Assembly: GCA_043228905.1 (NCBI GenBank)
Contig: JBHGNT010000014.1
Location: 8,122,001 to 8,186,000, forward strand
Origin: Azolla caroliniana
Lineage: Eukaryota > Plantae > Polypodiophyta
DNA: 64,000 nucleotides
Reading direction: 5' to 3'
Under the pieces are notes generated by a model. That model made no database searches. It was not told the DNA's origin and worked only from the letters and a program-made list of their open reading frames with translations. Below, piece after piece: positions 61,901 through 64,000 of the stretch; within the stretch, counting starts at the first letter, position 1, and every line of letters begins with the position of its first letter. The translations under genes and the position numbers were made by a program.

Positions 61901-64000
61901 TCCTTTGCGACATTTACCGGTCGGGGCTTGTCTGTTGTGCCGAGGTCCACCTCCTCTAGTTGGGATGCTTTTACCCTCTGGGATATCGTCATTTCCCTTT
62001 CTAGGGATTCCTGCGCTTGTCGCAGTTCCCGGATTGCCGCTTGGTCTGGTTCATCCGGCGTCGTAATGTACGGTTCTACTGCCGACGTGATATCTACCTC
62101 AAATAGTGGGACGATTCGTGGGTGTTCCTTGAGGTACCGCTCGACTTCCTCGTTCGGTAATCCCTCCAACATGTTGATGCTTTCCGCATACAATGGAGTT
62201 GCTTCCTTACTGGCGATCACCCGTGGTTGCGTCGTTACTCGTACCTTTGTTTTCCCTCGCCGGAACGTGATCATGTTCTTTTGCCAGTTCTGCTTGATAT
62301 GCGCCGTTCGCAGCCATGGTCGTCCTAGCAGTAGGGGGTACGCGCCTTGTACATTCAGCTGCAGCACCACGGCCGATATCCGGAATACGTGGCCTCCGAT
62401 CGTTACTTCCAAATCCCGGATAAGCCCGGTCAGTCGGACTGAGCTGGTATCCGCCATGCGTAACCAGAAGGGGCATGGTTCCCATTCCTGGATGCCTAGG
62501 TTATCGCATGTCTGTCGGCTGATGACATTTACCCCGGAGCCTCCGTCAATAATCGTTCCAGCAATTTCCTTTCCTTTCACGATTGCCGTGATCGCCGGGC
62601 TACTTGTATCCACCACCGCTGGTCCTTCCTTCGGATTGGAGAAGAATGCCGGTGTTGGCGTCGGCTTCGGTTTGCTCACAGATGCCTGTAAGTCTGTCGT
62701 AAACCGTGGCACCAACTGTAGTAGCCGTGCTAATGGCAGCACGATTTGATAGTCCTGTAGCGCTTGCCACGTCGGGTTTTCTCCTAGCTGTATGATTTCT
62801 TCGTCTTTTGGCATATTTTGGTCTCTTACTTCTGCCGCATTCTGTTCATTGGCCTCCTTGATCCATTGCGCCGCTTTTTTTCTGATTGCCTCCTAGGCTT
62901 CCCACTCGGCGGTCTTTCCCTTTGACCGGGTTGTGACCTGCTGTACTTCTATTATTTCGGCTGTAACCATGTTGACTGCCGGCTGCTTGTCATTGGTTTT
63001 GCTTGGGCATTGGTTACTATAATGGCCTTCCTTACGGCAGTAATAACAGTACACCTTGTGACTGTTGCTCGTTTCTCCTTTGTCCCCGGTTTGGAGGGTG
63101 GGTATGCTTCGGCGGTCGTCTTCGGTTTTTCGGTTATCCGGTACCGATACCGGGTTGTCATTCCTCGCTGCCTCCCGACGTTCCTCTCTTCGGAAAAATC
63201 CACGCTTCTGATTCCGTCGGAAATTTCGGTTCCCTTGTCGCCTCTCTTCTCTGCGTCGTTCGTATTCCGGGGATTCGTCTCGGTCGTACCGGTCCCGGGG
63301 GTAGCTATCTCTGCGTTTCTCCTCTCGGTCATAGTTATCGCATCTTCTATCAGCGTATCTGTTACCGCGTTCACGTTGGTAGCGGTCGTCTCTCCGGAAT
63401 CGATCCTCGTCCGGGTTCTGATTGTGCGGTTCTATGTGTCGAACCGGTGCTGCCTGCCGATTTAACAGGTTATAATTGCATCGGTCCGTTGTATGGGCTC
63501 GAGAGTTGCAGATCATACATTGTGTCCGTAGGGTGCAGTCTACTGTTGAGTGGCCCGAATTTAGGCATGGTGTGCATTGTAAGGCCTGTCGGAACCTCAG
63601 GTCTTCCTCCTTCGGGAGTGCCCGGTGTAACATCCCCATCGACAAGAGGGAGCTAGTCTTGTCCATTTCTAAAACCCGATCAATAACTTGGTCCATTGTG
63701 CTGGTGTGGAAATCAAGGACTCCGCACATTGTTCGAAGTGGCTCTTTCAGCGCGGCCAAAAAGACTGCTTTGGCTTCGTCTTCGGGTGGTGCTCTCGTCA
63801 GTTGGCTGTGCAAGGTCTGAAACTGAATGATGAATTGTGGCACAATCTCGTTCTCTTCCTGCCGGGTGGTGTAGAACTGCCCGAACAATTCCCTTTGCTC
63901 AACTTGTCTGTGAAAAAGCCTGAGGAATCTGGCCTTCAAGGCATCGAATGTGGCAAAGCTGCCCGGTAAGTGCTTTGCGTGCCATTGGGCTGCCGGTCCT
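58956..64000 (-). pseudogene. Gypsy-3 gag-pol (gag, PR, RT, RNase H, IN) with two stops and one frameshift
   Basis: CCHC knuckles, IIDGGSG, VFLDD, VDAS..NYSTTEREAL, WGLDFVGP, ISDQG and WTGPF; TAG at 62893 and 59524; 1-bp frameshift near 59513. Confidence 0.94.

Larger units (their letters stand above)
55186..64000 (-). mobile_element. Gypsy-3: non-chromovirus Gypsy, near intact, extends past the window
   Basis: 3' LTR 55186-55575, extra ORF, pol and gag; inserted in Copia-E RT (expected TSD cggca). Confidence 0.96.

Noticed and set aside
61820-63656. Long + strand ORFs (309 aa, 217 aa) opposite gag-pol
   Set aside because: Antisense shadows of GC-rich coding sequence with no recognisable motifs; same for 46397-47107 and 57631-58365

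Overview
Eukaryotic nuclear DNA from a land plant, probably a fern or other non-seed plant (inferred from the retroelement lineages and a plastid 23S/4.5S rDNA insertion). Most of the window is transposon-derived. 1-15.8 kb is an apparent seven-layer nest of minus-strand retroelements: chromovirus < Copia-B < Copia-A < palindromic LTR-end mini-element < Gypsy-2 < Gypsy-1 < Copia solo LTR. Next come a solo LTR, a chromovirus 3' end, a plastid rDNA fragment, and an L1-like LINE sitting between two (CT)n tracts with a very young Copia inserted in it (403-bp LTRs, 1 difference, TSD CACAA). Two host genes are supported: a small two-exon TPD1-like cysteine-rich protein (31097-31949) and an intact two-exon callose synthase of the intron-poor CalS11/12 (GSL1/GSL5) type (39047-45213). 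Between them is a LINE remnant whose zf-RVT segment is amplified to 7 x 128 bp. Downstream are a Copia mosaic bounded by a 23-bp direct repeat, a Mutator-like MITE in (TA)n, decayed Copias, and a near-intact Gypsy-3. Gypsy-3 carries an extra ~1038-codon coiled-coil ORF and a hairpin where the polypurine tract should be. The most unusual signals are this extra ORF and hairpin, paired tRNA-like Pol III modules in the Gypsy-1 LTR, the palindromic LTR-end mini-element and the perfect 128-bp array. All coordinates and family assignments were made by eye without database searches.
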